From: Candidatus Woesearchaeota archaeon
Lineage (GTDB): Archaea > Nanobdellota > Nanobdellia > SCGC-AAA011-G17 > PNOQ01
DNA: 64,000 nt
Direction: 5' to 3'
Assembly: GCA_964344555.1 (NCBI GenBank)
Contig: CAYFNK010000004.1
Span: 494 to 64,493 of the forward strand
Shown here: positions 1 through 7,381 of the stretch, piece by piece
Layout: every line of letters starts with the position of its first letter
Numbering within the stretch: the stretch's first letter is position 1
Notes under the pieces: generated by a model
What the model saw: only the letters and a program-made list of their open reading frames with translations
Databases searched by the model: none
Told to the model about the DNA's origin: nothing
Translations under genes and position numbers: made by a program

Positions 1-1173
1 GATCTGGAAGGTTCTGTTTTTAGATCAACCGACTCCATTCCAGTTACAAATATGGAGGTTAATATTTTTGTTGATGAGATTGATGCAAATTTAGTACTTA
101 ATACTGAGAATTTTGAATATGAAACTGCATTATCTAATAAAATAGCTTCTAACTACCATGATTTGATAGTTACTGCCGAAGATGCCTATGGTAATGTTGG
201 AAACAATAGTATTAGCTTTTACATAACTCCCGTCCCTCAATGGATGGAAATTAAAACAAATAATGGAACCGAGTTTATGCCTGCCGAAGATGTAATTTTT
301 ACTATTGATGTATTTGATCAGGCCGGTACAAAAATGCCAAAGGATGTTGAGTTTAAGATTATAAATCCAAATGGAAAAAAAGTTTTAAAAGATAATTTAA
401 TAGGTGGCCAAGAGTTTATTTATTCCTTAGAGGAGTATGAACTTCCAGGTGAGTGGATCATTGAAGGTGAATCTGAAGATCTTGAAGCTGAATTATTCTT
501 TTACGTTCCAGAAATAAAAGAATTGGATGTTTCTATTGAAGATTATAACTTGATTATAAAAAATATAGGTAATGTTTATTATGATGATAATTTTGTTATG
601 ACTTCTCAAGATGGAGGAGATAAAAGAACTGTTTCTAGAAGAACAAATCTTGCCCCTGGAGAAGAAATGATTCTTGAAATGTATACTATCTTTAATACAG
701 GTAGGCAAACTTTATATATATCTAACACAGGAGATGAAATTGAGGTTTTAATTGAAGATCCTAGATCTCTTTTTAGTAAGGTTGGAGGATTCTTTTCAGA
801 ATTAACTGGTCAGGCAATTATGAGTTCTGGTAGTAGGACTTCCAATGTTCCAACTATTGTAATGATTGCATTGTTTGTTGTTGGTCTGATAGTGTTCAGT
901 TACAGGATGAAACATGAGAGAACATCTAGTACTAAAAAAAGAAAGTTTAAGTTTCCAAATTTTAAGAGAAAAAAATCTAAAGATGATGTTGATGATTTGA
1001 AAGATAGAATATTAAGAGATATTGAAAACTCTAAAGAGAAAAAAGAAGAAGTTAAGAAAGAGTCCTCTCCAGTCATGCCATCTATTTTTGATAAGGATTT
1101 TAGTAAGGTGAAAGAGCCAAAAAGTAAACCTTCTAGGGTTGAGTTTGATAAACCTTTTGGGAGTAAAGAATGA
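1..1173 (+). CDS. Surface protein with C-terminal TM anchor and Lys-rich tail; 5' end cut by the window edge
   Basis: The frame of ORF 52..1173 stays open back to nt 1 (DLEGSVFRSTDSIPVTN precedes the listed Met). A hydrophobic helix VPTIVMIALFVVGLIVFSY is followed by KKRKFKFPNFKRKKSK. No catalytic motif recognised. Confidence 0.5.
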   Translation, partial: DLEGSVFRSTDSIPVTNMEVNIFVDEIDANLVLNTENFEYETALSNKIASNYHDLIVTAEDAYGNVGNNSISFYITPVPQWMEIKTNNGTEFMPAEDVIFTIDVFDQAGTKMPKDVEFKIINPNGKKVLKDNLIGGQEFIYSLEEYELPGEWIIEGESEDLEAELFFYVPEIKELDVSIEDYNLIIKNIGNVYYDDNFVMTSQDGGDKRTVSRRTNLAPGEEMILEMYTIFNTGRQTLYISNTGDEIEVLIEDPRSLFSKVGGFFSELTGQAIMSSGSRTSNVPTIVMIALFVVGLIVFSYRMKHERTSSTKKRKFKFPNFKRKKSKDDVDDLKDRILRDIENSKEKKEEVKKESSPVMPSIFDKDFSKVKEPKSKPSRVEFDKPFGSKE

Positions 1174-1355
1174 ATAGTGTAAATTTACTTACTGCAATAT
1201 TAACTAGCTTTGCTTCACTTATACATTTGTATAGAGTAGTTACCCAAAGTTCATTAGTTCTGGGTGCTTGGAATGTTCCGATGTGGTTAAGTTGGTTTTT
1301 ATTTATTGCTGCTGGATTTTTAGCAGTGCACTTTTGGAAAAATGTCAATGAATGA
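1170..1355 (+). CDS. Small two-TM membrane protein (hypothetical)
   Basis: 61-aa ORF with a 4-nt ATGA overlap with the upstream stop and two hydrophobic segments. Confidence 0.35.
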   Translation: MNSVNLLTAILTSFASLIHLYRVVTQSSLVLGAWNVPMWLSWFLFIAAGFLAVHFWKNVNE

Positions 1356-1521
1356 ATTAAACTTTTATCAACTTTTAAGTATTGATGGAGTAAAAGAAGG
1401 CGGTAATGAGAACTTAGAAGGAGTTCAGGAAGATAAAGCTGTTAAGAGATTCTATAAGAAGTGGTGGTTCTGGTTACTTATTGTTTTGGTAATCGGTTTT
1501 ATTGTTTTTAACTATCTGTGA
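1348..1521 (+). CDS. Unlisted 57-aa tail-anchored ORF (hypothetical)
   Basis: ATG at 1348 overlaps the stop of the previous ORF. Translation is MNELNFYQLLSIDGVKEGG...KKWWFWLLIVLVIGFIVFNYL, with a C-terminal TM. Below the size cutoff of the ORF track. Confidence 0.25.
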   Translation: MNELNFYQLLSIDGVKEGGNENLEGVQEDKAVKRFYKKWWFWLLIVLVIGFIVFNYL

Positions 1522-2002
1522 ATTTAGTATTTTTTAGTTTCTCTAGTTCTTCTTTTGAAACGATATTATCTTGATTAGTGTCTGCATCTCTTCCTATTTG
1601 TTTTAGAAAGTCTTCAATATATTGAGTATAGTGTTCTAAATGGTGTTTTTTCTTATGTTCTGGCCAAAATTCTTCAAAACCTATATATTTCATAAAAAGG
1701 TCTTCTATTATCGGGACGTATGAAGTTTTTGTCCATTTGTCCCCCATAAATGGGACTACAAAATCATAATTTTCATAATCATTTGGACCTAATTCTCTTT
1801 CTGCAAGTATTTCTTGATCTTTAATATTGTACCACTTTTTTAGTAAAGAATTATTATATTTTGGTTTGTAATCTTTTTCTAATTGTTCTGCTGAAGAGTA
1901 AACAAATTCTTTTGTATTTTGCAATCTTTTTAGTATATCTTCTTTTTCACAACCTGTTAATACAAGTGTTGAGAGAACAATTGGATATATTTTTTTAATC
2001 AT
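1508..2002 (-). CDS. Putative lipoprotein (hypothetical)
   Basis: N-terminus MIKKIYPIVLSTLVLTGCEKE is a signal peptide plus lipobox-like LTGC. There is a 4-nt overlap with the upstream gene. Confidence 0.5.
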   Translation of the reverse strand: MIKKIYPIVLSTLVLTGCEKEDILKRLQNTKEFVYSSAEQLEKDYKPKYNNSLLKKWYNIKDQEILAERELGPNDYENYDFVVPFMGDKWTKTSYVPIIEDLFMKYIGFEEFWPEHKKKHHLEHYTQYIEDFLKQIGRDADTNQDNIVSKEELEKLKNTKFTDS

Positions 2003-2520
2003 TCTACCTCTGGATAAAGAGTACGTGTAATGTCTATTACCATTTTTGTTGCTTCGTACTTATCTTTATTTCCTTCTTCTTCGTATTCTTTTAATTTTGT
2101 CTCTAGTAAGTTTCTAAGTTTCAACATCTTAACTCTTGGAGACATATTTTCAAATTCAGTTCTTATTAGATCATCAACTTTGTCCTCTGAATATCCTGCA
2201 AGTGTTAAGCTTCTTGATGTAACTTTTTTGTATTCTTCTGAACTGCATTTTTCTAGAATTGTGTTATCTATTTCTTTTTCGTAATTTCCTTGAATTTCTG
2301 AGGCATCTTTAATCTCCTTTTTTATTGGATCGTCATAAGGTTTAGATTCTAAATATTCTGGTTCAATTTTATCTTCAATATTGTCGCTTTCAAAATCAGA
2401 AGTTTCAAAACTAGTTGATATGATGTAACCTTCTTCTATCTTGTCTTCATATCTATGACGTAAAAACTTAGGAACTTCTTTTTTCCTTAAATCCTTTAAA
2501 TATATTTTTTTTATTGCCAT
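1999..2520 (-). CDS. Acidic hypothetical protein
   Basis: 173-aa Glu/Asp/Lys-rich ORF, chained with its neighbours on the minus strand. Confidence 0.45.
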   Translation of the reverse strand: MAIKKIYLKDLRKKEVPKFLRHRYEDKIEEGYIISTSFETSDFESDNIEDKIEPEYLESKPYDDPIKKEIKDASEIQGNYEKEIDNTILEKCSSEEYKKVTSRSLTLAGYSEDKVDDLIRTEFENMSPRVKMLKLRNLLETKLKEYEEEGNKDKYEATKMVIDITRTLYPEVE

Positions 2521-2521
2521 C

Positions 2522-2974
2522 TTAAAATAATTTGAAGTAATATCCTGAGTTTTTTCCTACCCCAGTTTCTCCATTTTTGTTTATGTCCTTTAGATAAACT
2601 TTTCCTGATCTTTTTGGATTATTGTTTAATGAACGATTAAGGTTGAAAGTTTCATTTATTAGAGAATCAACCACTTTTTTATGTGGCAAACTCGCTATGT
2701 GTGAAAATTTATATCTTGCATCTTTTAATTCTTCAATTATACAATCTTCGTAGAAATCTTTTTCGTATGCTATTTTTGGAAATTTGATTCTTGAAATTGG
2801 GGCTTCGTAAAAATTGTTGAAAACTTCTGAAACTGTGTTAAGATTTGAAGGTTTAGTGTGGCTATCTATGATTGATAAGCTGCCCATTGCAGATAATAAT
2901 AATCCGGTTAATTTTAGTGATTTCATGAGTGTTGAGAAAGTAAAATTTGATTTATAAGTCTTTTTATTTATCAC
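2522..2974 (-). CDS. Hypothetical signal-anchored protein
   Basis: 150-aa ORF with an N-terminal hydrophobic segment LKLTGLLLSAMGSLSII. First gene of a three-gene minus-strand string. Confidence 0.45.
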   Translation of the reverse strand: MINKKTYKSNFTFSTLMKSLKLTGLLLSAMGSLSIIDSHTKPSNLNTVSEVFNNFYEAPISRIKFPKIAYEKDFYEDCIIEELKDARYKFSHIASLPHKKVVDSLINETFNLNRSLNNNPKRSGKVYLKDINKNGETGVGKNSGYYFKLF

Positions 2975-3043
2975 TACTTAATAATGGTTATTATCTAATT
3001 CATTTAGGTAATTTTTTATAGTTAAGGTTATTCTACTAAAACA

Positions 3044-3241
3044 ATGATAGAAAATAATAAATATAATCTTGATAAGATAATTAAAAAAACTGATTCTATT
3101 AATTCATTGGATTTGTACTTAAAAAATTCTCCAGAATTAAGAAGTTCCTTAAAACAATTTGTTATAAAATATTCAAATGATATGAAATTGGGTAGCGAGA
3201 TAAGAAAATTATATTATGAGGTTAGCGATAATAAAAATTAA
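3044..3241 (+). CDS. Small hypothetical protein
   Basis: 65-aa ORF with no motif. Confidence 0.25.
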   Translation: MIENNKYNLDKIIKKTDSINSLDLYLKNSPELRSSLKQFVIKYSNDMKLGSEIRKLYYEVSDNKN

Positions 3242-3694
3242 TTATTGTTTGTAAAATATAAAATCTTTCTCTTCTTCAAATTTTTTGAAATCTTTTAGTT
3301 CTTTTTCTATTATTTTGAAGTTTTTTGCTCTTTTGAAAACTGAAATTGCTATTTTGTTTTTTGCTACTCTTTTCATTTCACTTATTCCTTTTATTGGATC
3401 TTTGAAATTATGGATTGCACTTATTGAGATAACTGTATCAAAAGAATTATCTTTGAAGGGTAAACTTTCTCCGCTTCCTTGAATTACATTTGCCTTTGAT
3501 TGTTCTAACATTTCTTTGCTTGGATCTATCCCTGTGTAATCTTTGAATAAATTTGAATAGAAAGCAGTTCCGCAGCCAACGTCTAGAACTTTTTCATTTT
3601 TTATGTTTAGTAGTTTTATAATTAATTTTACTTTGTTTAATTGTTCTTCTTTATGTAATTCGTTGTAACTTTTAGCTATTGTTTTGTAGTCCAT
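3242..3694 (-). CDS. Class I SAM-dependent methyltransferase (small, Methyltransf_11-like)
   Basis: SAM motif I VLDVGCGTAFYS, followed by GIDPSKEMLEQS and FDTVISISAIHNF. Confidence 0.75.
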   Translation of the reverse strand: MDYKTIAKSYNELHKEEQLNKVKLIIKLLNIKNEKVLDVGCGTAFYSNLFKDYTGIDPSKEMLEQSKANVIQGSGESLPFKDNSFDTVISISAIHNFKDPIKGISEMKRVAKNKIAISVFKRAKNFKIIEKELKDFKKFEEEKDFIFYKQ

Positions 3695-3714
3695 ATTTTT
3701 TTCTTATTGGTAAA

Positions 3715-3725
3715 TTATTTAAATA
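3715..3725 (+). promoter_or_regulatory. TATA box for tRNA-Gly
   Basis: TTATTTAAATA ends about 24 nt upstream of the mature tRNA 5' end at 3749. Confidence 0.45.
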
Positions 3726-3748
3726 GTTCTTTGTTTAAAATTTTTTAA

Positions 3749-3840
3749 GCGTCAGTAGGATAGTGGTAGTCCTCAACGTTGCCAATAAATTATTTTGAAG
3801 CAAAAACGTTGGAGCCCGGGTTCAATCCCCGGCTGACGCA
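3749..3840 (+). tRNA. tRNA-Gly(GCC) with a 21-nt canonical 37/38 intron (3785..3805)
   Basis: Acceptor GCGTCAG/CTGACGC plus A73, anticodon stem CAACG/CGTTG, loop TTGCCA|A, T arm CCGGG-TTCAATC-CCCGG. BHB: TTGC pairs with GCAA, flanked by 3-nt bulges CAA and AAA. Confidence 0.88.
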
Positions 3841-4547
3841 TTGTTTTCTTTTATTTGAAAAACCTATTTTTTTATTATATTTTTGAAATTCTCTTCTTGG
3901 AATATATAATTCATATTGGTCTTTCCAATTTTCTTTTGTTTTCCTGAAATACGTTTTACTGTTTATTTTAAATTTATTTTTTAATATCTCTGAAATTTGA
4001 TCTATTAATTTTTTAGAAGTAAGGCATAGAACAAGTCTGCCATCTTTTTTATGGTGTCCATCTGTGTCAAATAAACCTCTTACAAATGATGCTAAGAATT
4101 TATCTGAATGATTTATTGAAATTAGATGAATGTTATGAGTTTTAATAGGAAATATGTTTAGATATTCTTTAATCATTAAGTAAATATCTTTTGAATAAAC
4201 TTTCAGAGTTAATGAATTGTTACGAATGTATTTCATTGGTTTTTTGTTGAATTTATTTTTCAATAATAGTGAAATATATTCTGCGTATTCTTTGTCGTCT
4301 ATTGCATGAAGATGTATGGATATTCTATAATGATATCTTTTTTTATCAAAAAAAATCCCCCATCTCCCGAAAATACTCCCAAAAATTCTCCAAGTATGCT
4401 ATCTTCTTTTGGAATTACTGTCTTTTTATATTTTGGTCCCTTTATCTTTTTATAGTGGTGATGTACTGTGGATTTTGAAACGTTGAGTTTTTTTGAAATT
4501 TTTGGAATTGAATTATTATTTTTGATTAATCTAACTATTTCTTCCAT
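3790..4547 (-). pseudogene. Two-motif LAGLIDADG homing endonuclease split by a frameshift (ORFs 4299..4547 and 3790..4263)
   Basis: The N-terminal ORF has an HTH (IPKISKKLNVSKSTVHHHYKK) and motif 1 LGEFLGVFSGDGGF. The C-terminal ORF, in a different frame, has motif 2 FVRGLFDTDGHH. The C-terminal frame stays open upstream past the stop of ORF 1. T7 and A8 runs at 4338..4355 are candidate slip sites. The last 17 codons are antisense to tRNA-Gly. Confidence 0.6.
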
Positions 4548-4681
4548 ATAGTATATTTAGTAAATTGATTTATAATAGTCTCTTCGGTCTTTGACAAGAT
4601 GTCAAGAAACCTGTTCGCGCATTCTGTAATTTTTAATGTTGTAGCGAAATACTTAAATATATATAAAAGAAAGAACTTTAC

Positions 4682-4891
4682 ATGGTTAAATGGTCACCAA
4701 TTTTACATAGGATTGCTTATGTCTCTGGAATATTTGGAGTTTTGATGTTGATTGGAGCATGGGCTGCTACATCTCAGGGAAGTTTTTTAGGAATGAGTGA
4801 AGAACATCTTTTTAATGATGCGAAGAGTTTATTACTTGTTTCAATTGCTTTTGGGATAGGTACATTAATACATCACAATGAGGAAAAATAA
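4682..4891 (+). CDS. Small two-TM membrane protein (hypothetical)
   Basis: 69-aa ORF with two hydrophobic helices. A TATA-like ATATATATAAAAG lies about 20 nt upstream. Confidence 0.4.
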   Translation: MVKWSPILHRIAYVSGIFGVLMLIGAWAATSQGSFLGMSEEHLFNDAKSLLLVSIAFGIGTLIHHNEEK

Positions 4892-4894
4892 TTT

Positions 4895-5407
4895 TTAGTT
4901 TACTTTACTAAAACTCAAGCCGTCTTTTATATCGATTATTTTTGTTTTTAATTTTGGATGATTTAGAATTCTTTCCTTAAAATCTTTACAACCTTCAAAA
5001 CTAATATTATCTGCTATTATGTATTTTCCTAGCCTTATGCAATCCTCTAAAATTTCTATATATTTTTTCTTTGCAAAATCTATAAAGATTAAATCAAAGT
5101 TTTCATCTAATCTTTTTATTTCTTCTACTCCGTCTCCAGGTATTATTTTTGCATTAATATTGAATTTCTCAAAATTGGATTTTGCTTCTTCCGCTATTTT
5201 TGAATCTAATTCTATTGTAGTAAGCTCTGCTCCTTCTGAACCAAGAATTATTCCACTGTAACCATTTGCTGTTCCAAGTTCTAAAATTTTCTTTGGTTTC
5301 AATTCTAAAATTTTATTATAAAGCCAAGTTCCCTTTTCTGAACCTATAATTGGGATTCCTCTAGAAATACTCTCTTTTTCTAATTCTTTTAACTTAGAAA
5401 TAATCAT
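4895..5407 (-). CDS. Class I SAM-dependent O-methyltransferase (family 3 / YrrM-like)
   Basis: ILELGTANGYSGIILG (motif I), TTIELDSKIAEEAKSNF, FDLIFIDFAKKKY. Confidence 0.75.
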   Translation of the reverse strand: MIISKLKELEKESISRGIPIIGSEKGTWLYNKILELKPKKILELGTANGYSGIILGSEGAELTTIELDSKIAEEAKSNFEKFNINAKIIPGDGVEEIKRLDENFDLIFIDFAKKKYIEILEDCIRLGKYIIADNISFEGCKDFKERILNHPKLKTKIIDIKDGLSFSKVN

Positions 5408-5408
5408 T

Positions 5409-5618
5409 CTATATTATACTTAGTCTTCTGAGAGCAAATCCTAACCATAAAACAAGAACTAGATATAATGCACTCCAGCCTTTTGATGCAGGAAATATAT
5501 TAGAAGTTTTTTTGTACTTTTTTTTGTACCATTTAGAAAAGAACCAAGTCATAAGATTTGCCCCTAAACTATCTATGAGAATAATGTACCATAGAATTGC
5601 TTCAATGTTCCATGTCAT
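5409..5618 (-). CDS. Small membrane protein (hypothetical)
   Basis: 69-aa ORF with two hydrophobic helices, adjacent to the next membrane ORF. Confidence 0.35.
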   Translation of the reverse strand: MTWNIEAILWYIILIDSLGANLMTWFFSKWYKKKYKKTSNIFPASKGWSALYLVLVLWLGFALRRLSII

Positions 5619-5620
5619 AT

Positions 5621-5983
5621 TTACTTTTTATTTTTAGAATATAAAAAGTTTTGTATTGGAAAGTAGAATCCAATTAGAGAACCAATCAGTGGAAATGCTA
5701 GTTGAATGAATCCTATTGCCGGAGTGATTAATATTAGTATAACTCCTAATCCAGAACCTATTGCAGTTCCTATAAATTTAGAAAAATATTCTTTTTTGTT
5801 GAATTCTTTTGTTAGTTTAGCCGATAATGCTCCAACGCCCCATACTCCTAATGTAAGCCAAAATGGCCAAATAATAAGTTCCCAGCCGTTACCTATTCCT
5901 AAAGCGTAAGTTCCTGAGAATGCTAGAATATGTCCAACTATTGATTGTATTGGTATTGTAATTATTGTTTGAAGTATTCTCAT
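5621..5983 (-). CDS. Integral membrane protein (hypothetical)
   Basis: 120 aa, about 4 predicted TM helices, Gly-rich helices. Confidence 0.45.
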   Translation of the reverse strand: MRILQTIITIPIQSIVGHILAFSGTYALGIGNGWELIIWPFWLTLGVWGVGALSAKLTKEFNKKEYFSKFIGTAIGSGLGVILILITPAIGFIQLAFPLIGSLIGFYFPIQNFLYSKNKK

Positions 5984-6192
5984 TTCTTTACTATTTGAAA
6001 TTTTTTATTTTTTTTAACTTTTTTTAATTCAAAAGATTTAATTCCATTTTCTGCAGCATATTTGTTTGCAGCTTCTTCAGTTTTGAAAGTTTTTGCACCT
6101 TTTTTCTTATGAAGATTTGGAAGTTTTTTACCATAAGTTCCGTGAGTAGATAAACCAAATTTCTTTTTTGCTCTTGTATGTATTTTTACCAT
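5980..6192 (-). CDS. Small very basic Lys-rich protein (hypothetical, possible nucleic-acid binder)
   Basis: 70 aa, about one third Lys. 4-nt overlap with the downstream gene. Confidence 0.4.
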   Translation of the reverse strand: MVKIHTRAKKKFGLSTHGTYGKKLPNLHKKKGAKTFKTEEAANKYAAENGIKSFELKKVKKNKKFQIVKK

Positions 6193-6262
6193 GTTTTTGT
6201 TTATTTGTTAGTAATATAAAAAATTAACTAAATTCATTTATGATATTTTATAAAATTTATAC

Positions 6263-6658
6263 TTAACTTAATTTTTTATTTTTTCTTTGTTGTTGATGAT
6301 ACAAATTTTCTTGAATCTTGGAGACTTCTCTTAGTGGTTTGTAAATCATAGGAAAAACTTCGAAATTATTTCTATAATGATTCATTAATTCTTCTTTAAT
6401 TTCTTTATCATTGGTGTATCCATATGGTGTATTGGCCAAGGTAGATCTAACTGGAGTTTCATAAAAAGTTTTGCCTTCTTCAAGAGTATATACTCTAATT
6501 TTTGTAAATGGGATCTTTATTGATTTATTATTTTCTTTTATTCTTAGAATAATAAATTCATCTTTACTGGGGTCATCATGAACACTCAGATTTCTTCCTT
6601 TTTTATTTAAATTGTTTACAATATCCTCTAAAACTTGGATATGCTTTTTGTCTTTCAT
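6263..6658 (-). CDS. Hypothetical protein
   Basis: 131-aa ORF with no motif recognised. Confidence 0.4.
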   Translation of the reverse strand: MKDKKHIQVLEDIVNNLNKKGRNLSVHDDPSKDEFIILRIKENNKSIKIPFTKIRVYTLEEGKTFYETPVRSTLANTPYGYTNDKEIKEELMNHYRNNFEVFPMIYKPLREVSKIQENLYHQQQRKNKKLS

Positions 6659-6677
6659 TTTTTATAATATTTATATA

Positions 6678-6766
6678 AGCCTCAGGAGAGATTCGAACTC
6701 TCAACCTGCTGCTATCTTTGGATTAACCCATACAAGGCAGCTGCTCTACCGTTGAGCCACTGAGGC
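6678..6766 (-). tRNA. tRNA-Thr(TGT) with a 17-nt intron at 37/38 (6714..6730)
   Basis: Minus-strand read: GCCTCAG TG GCTC AACGGTA GAGC A GCTGC CTTGTA[TGGGTTAATCCAAAGAT]A GCAGC AGGTT GAGAG TTCGAAT CTCTC CTGAGGC T. Confidence 0.85.
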
Positions 6767-6787
6767 AATAATCTTTTCAGTTCAAAG

Positions 6788-6799
6788 TTTATTTAAAAA
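6788..6799 (-). promoter_or_regulatory. TATA box for tRNA-Thr
   Basis: Minus-strand TTTTTAAATAAA lies about 22 nt upstream of the tRNA 5' end at 6766. Confidence 0.45.
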
Positions 6800-6852
6800 G
6801 ATTTCTAATAGATTAAGGATATTCTTATAAAGAAGTTAAGTAAAATTTAGTT

Positions 6853-7317
6853 ATGGAAAGAAGAGGAATATCTCCGTTGATAGCAACTATATTATTAGTT
6901 GGAATAACAATTATTGTTTCTGTTATTGTTTTTACTTTTGTTAGAACTATCGCTGAAGAGAAAGTAAGTGAAACCGAAGCTCATACAAATATTGCTTTAG
7001 CTTGTTCTCAAAATGTTAAATTAGAATATGATGATCCTTTTCCTTGTGGGATTAATAATTCTTTGAATATTTCTGTTTGGAATAAAGGACCTCTCGATAT
7101 TATTGATTTAAAAATACAAGTTTTAGGTGGAAGTAATTCTTATTTGCATCCTATTGATGGTTTAGAATCCTATTATAAGGATCTTTATAATCTGAATATT
7201 GGTTTTGGTGTTGAATATATTGATAAAATAAATTTGATACCAACTATAGAAATTAATGAAGTAAATGGCTCTTGTAGTCCTACTGTGATTGAAATTAGTT
7301 CTATTTCGGAATGCTAG
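6853..7317 (+). CDS. Archaeal type IV pilin-like protein (class III signal peptide)
   Basis: N-terminus MERRGISPLIATILLVGITIIVSVIVF matches the archaeal prepilin/archaellin-type signal: a basic residue-Gly cleavage site followed by a hydrophobic helix. Confidence 0.7.
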   Translation: MERRGISPLIATILLVGITIIVSVIVFTFVRTIAEEKVSETEAHTNIALACSQNVKLEYDDPFPCGINNSLNISVWNKGPLDIIDLKIQVLGGSNSYLHPIDGLESYYKDLYNLNIGFGVEYIDKINLIPTIEINEVNGSCSPTVIEISSISEC

Positions 7318-7350
7318 GGAAGTATGCAAACTGAGTGAAGTTTAGAAGTT

Positions 7351-7358
7351 TTTATAAA
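7351..7358 (+). promoter_or_regulatory. TATA box upstream of the 1274-aa Cys-rich gene
   Basis: TTTATAAA ends 24 nt before ATG 7382, implying a leaderless or very short leader. Confidence 0.45.
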
Positions 7359-7381
7359 GTAATTAATATTTAATTAAAACA

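Noticed and set aside
493-1348. Minus-strand ORFs 493..708 and 1133..1348.
   Set aside because: They are antisense to the partial surface-protein gene and the small membrane ORFs, with low-complexity composition.
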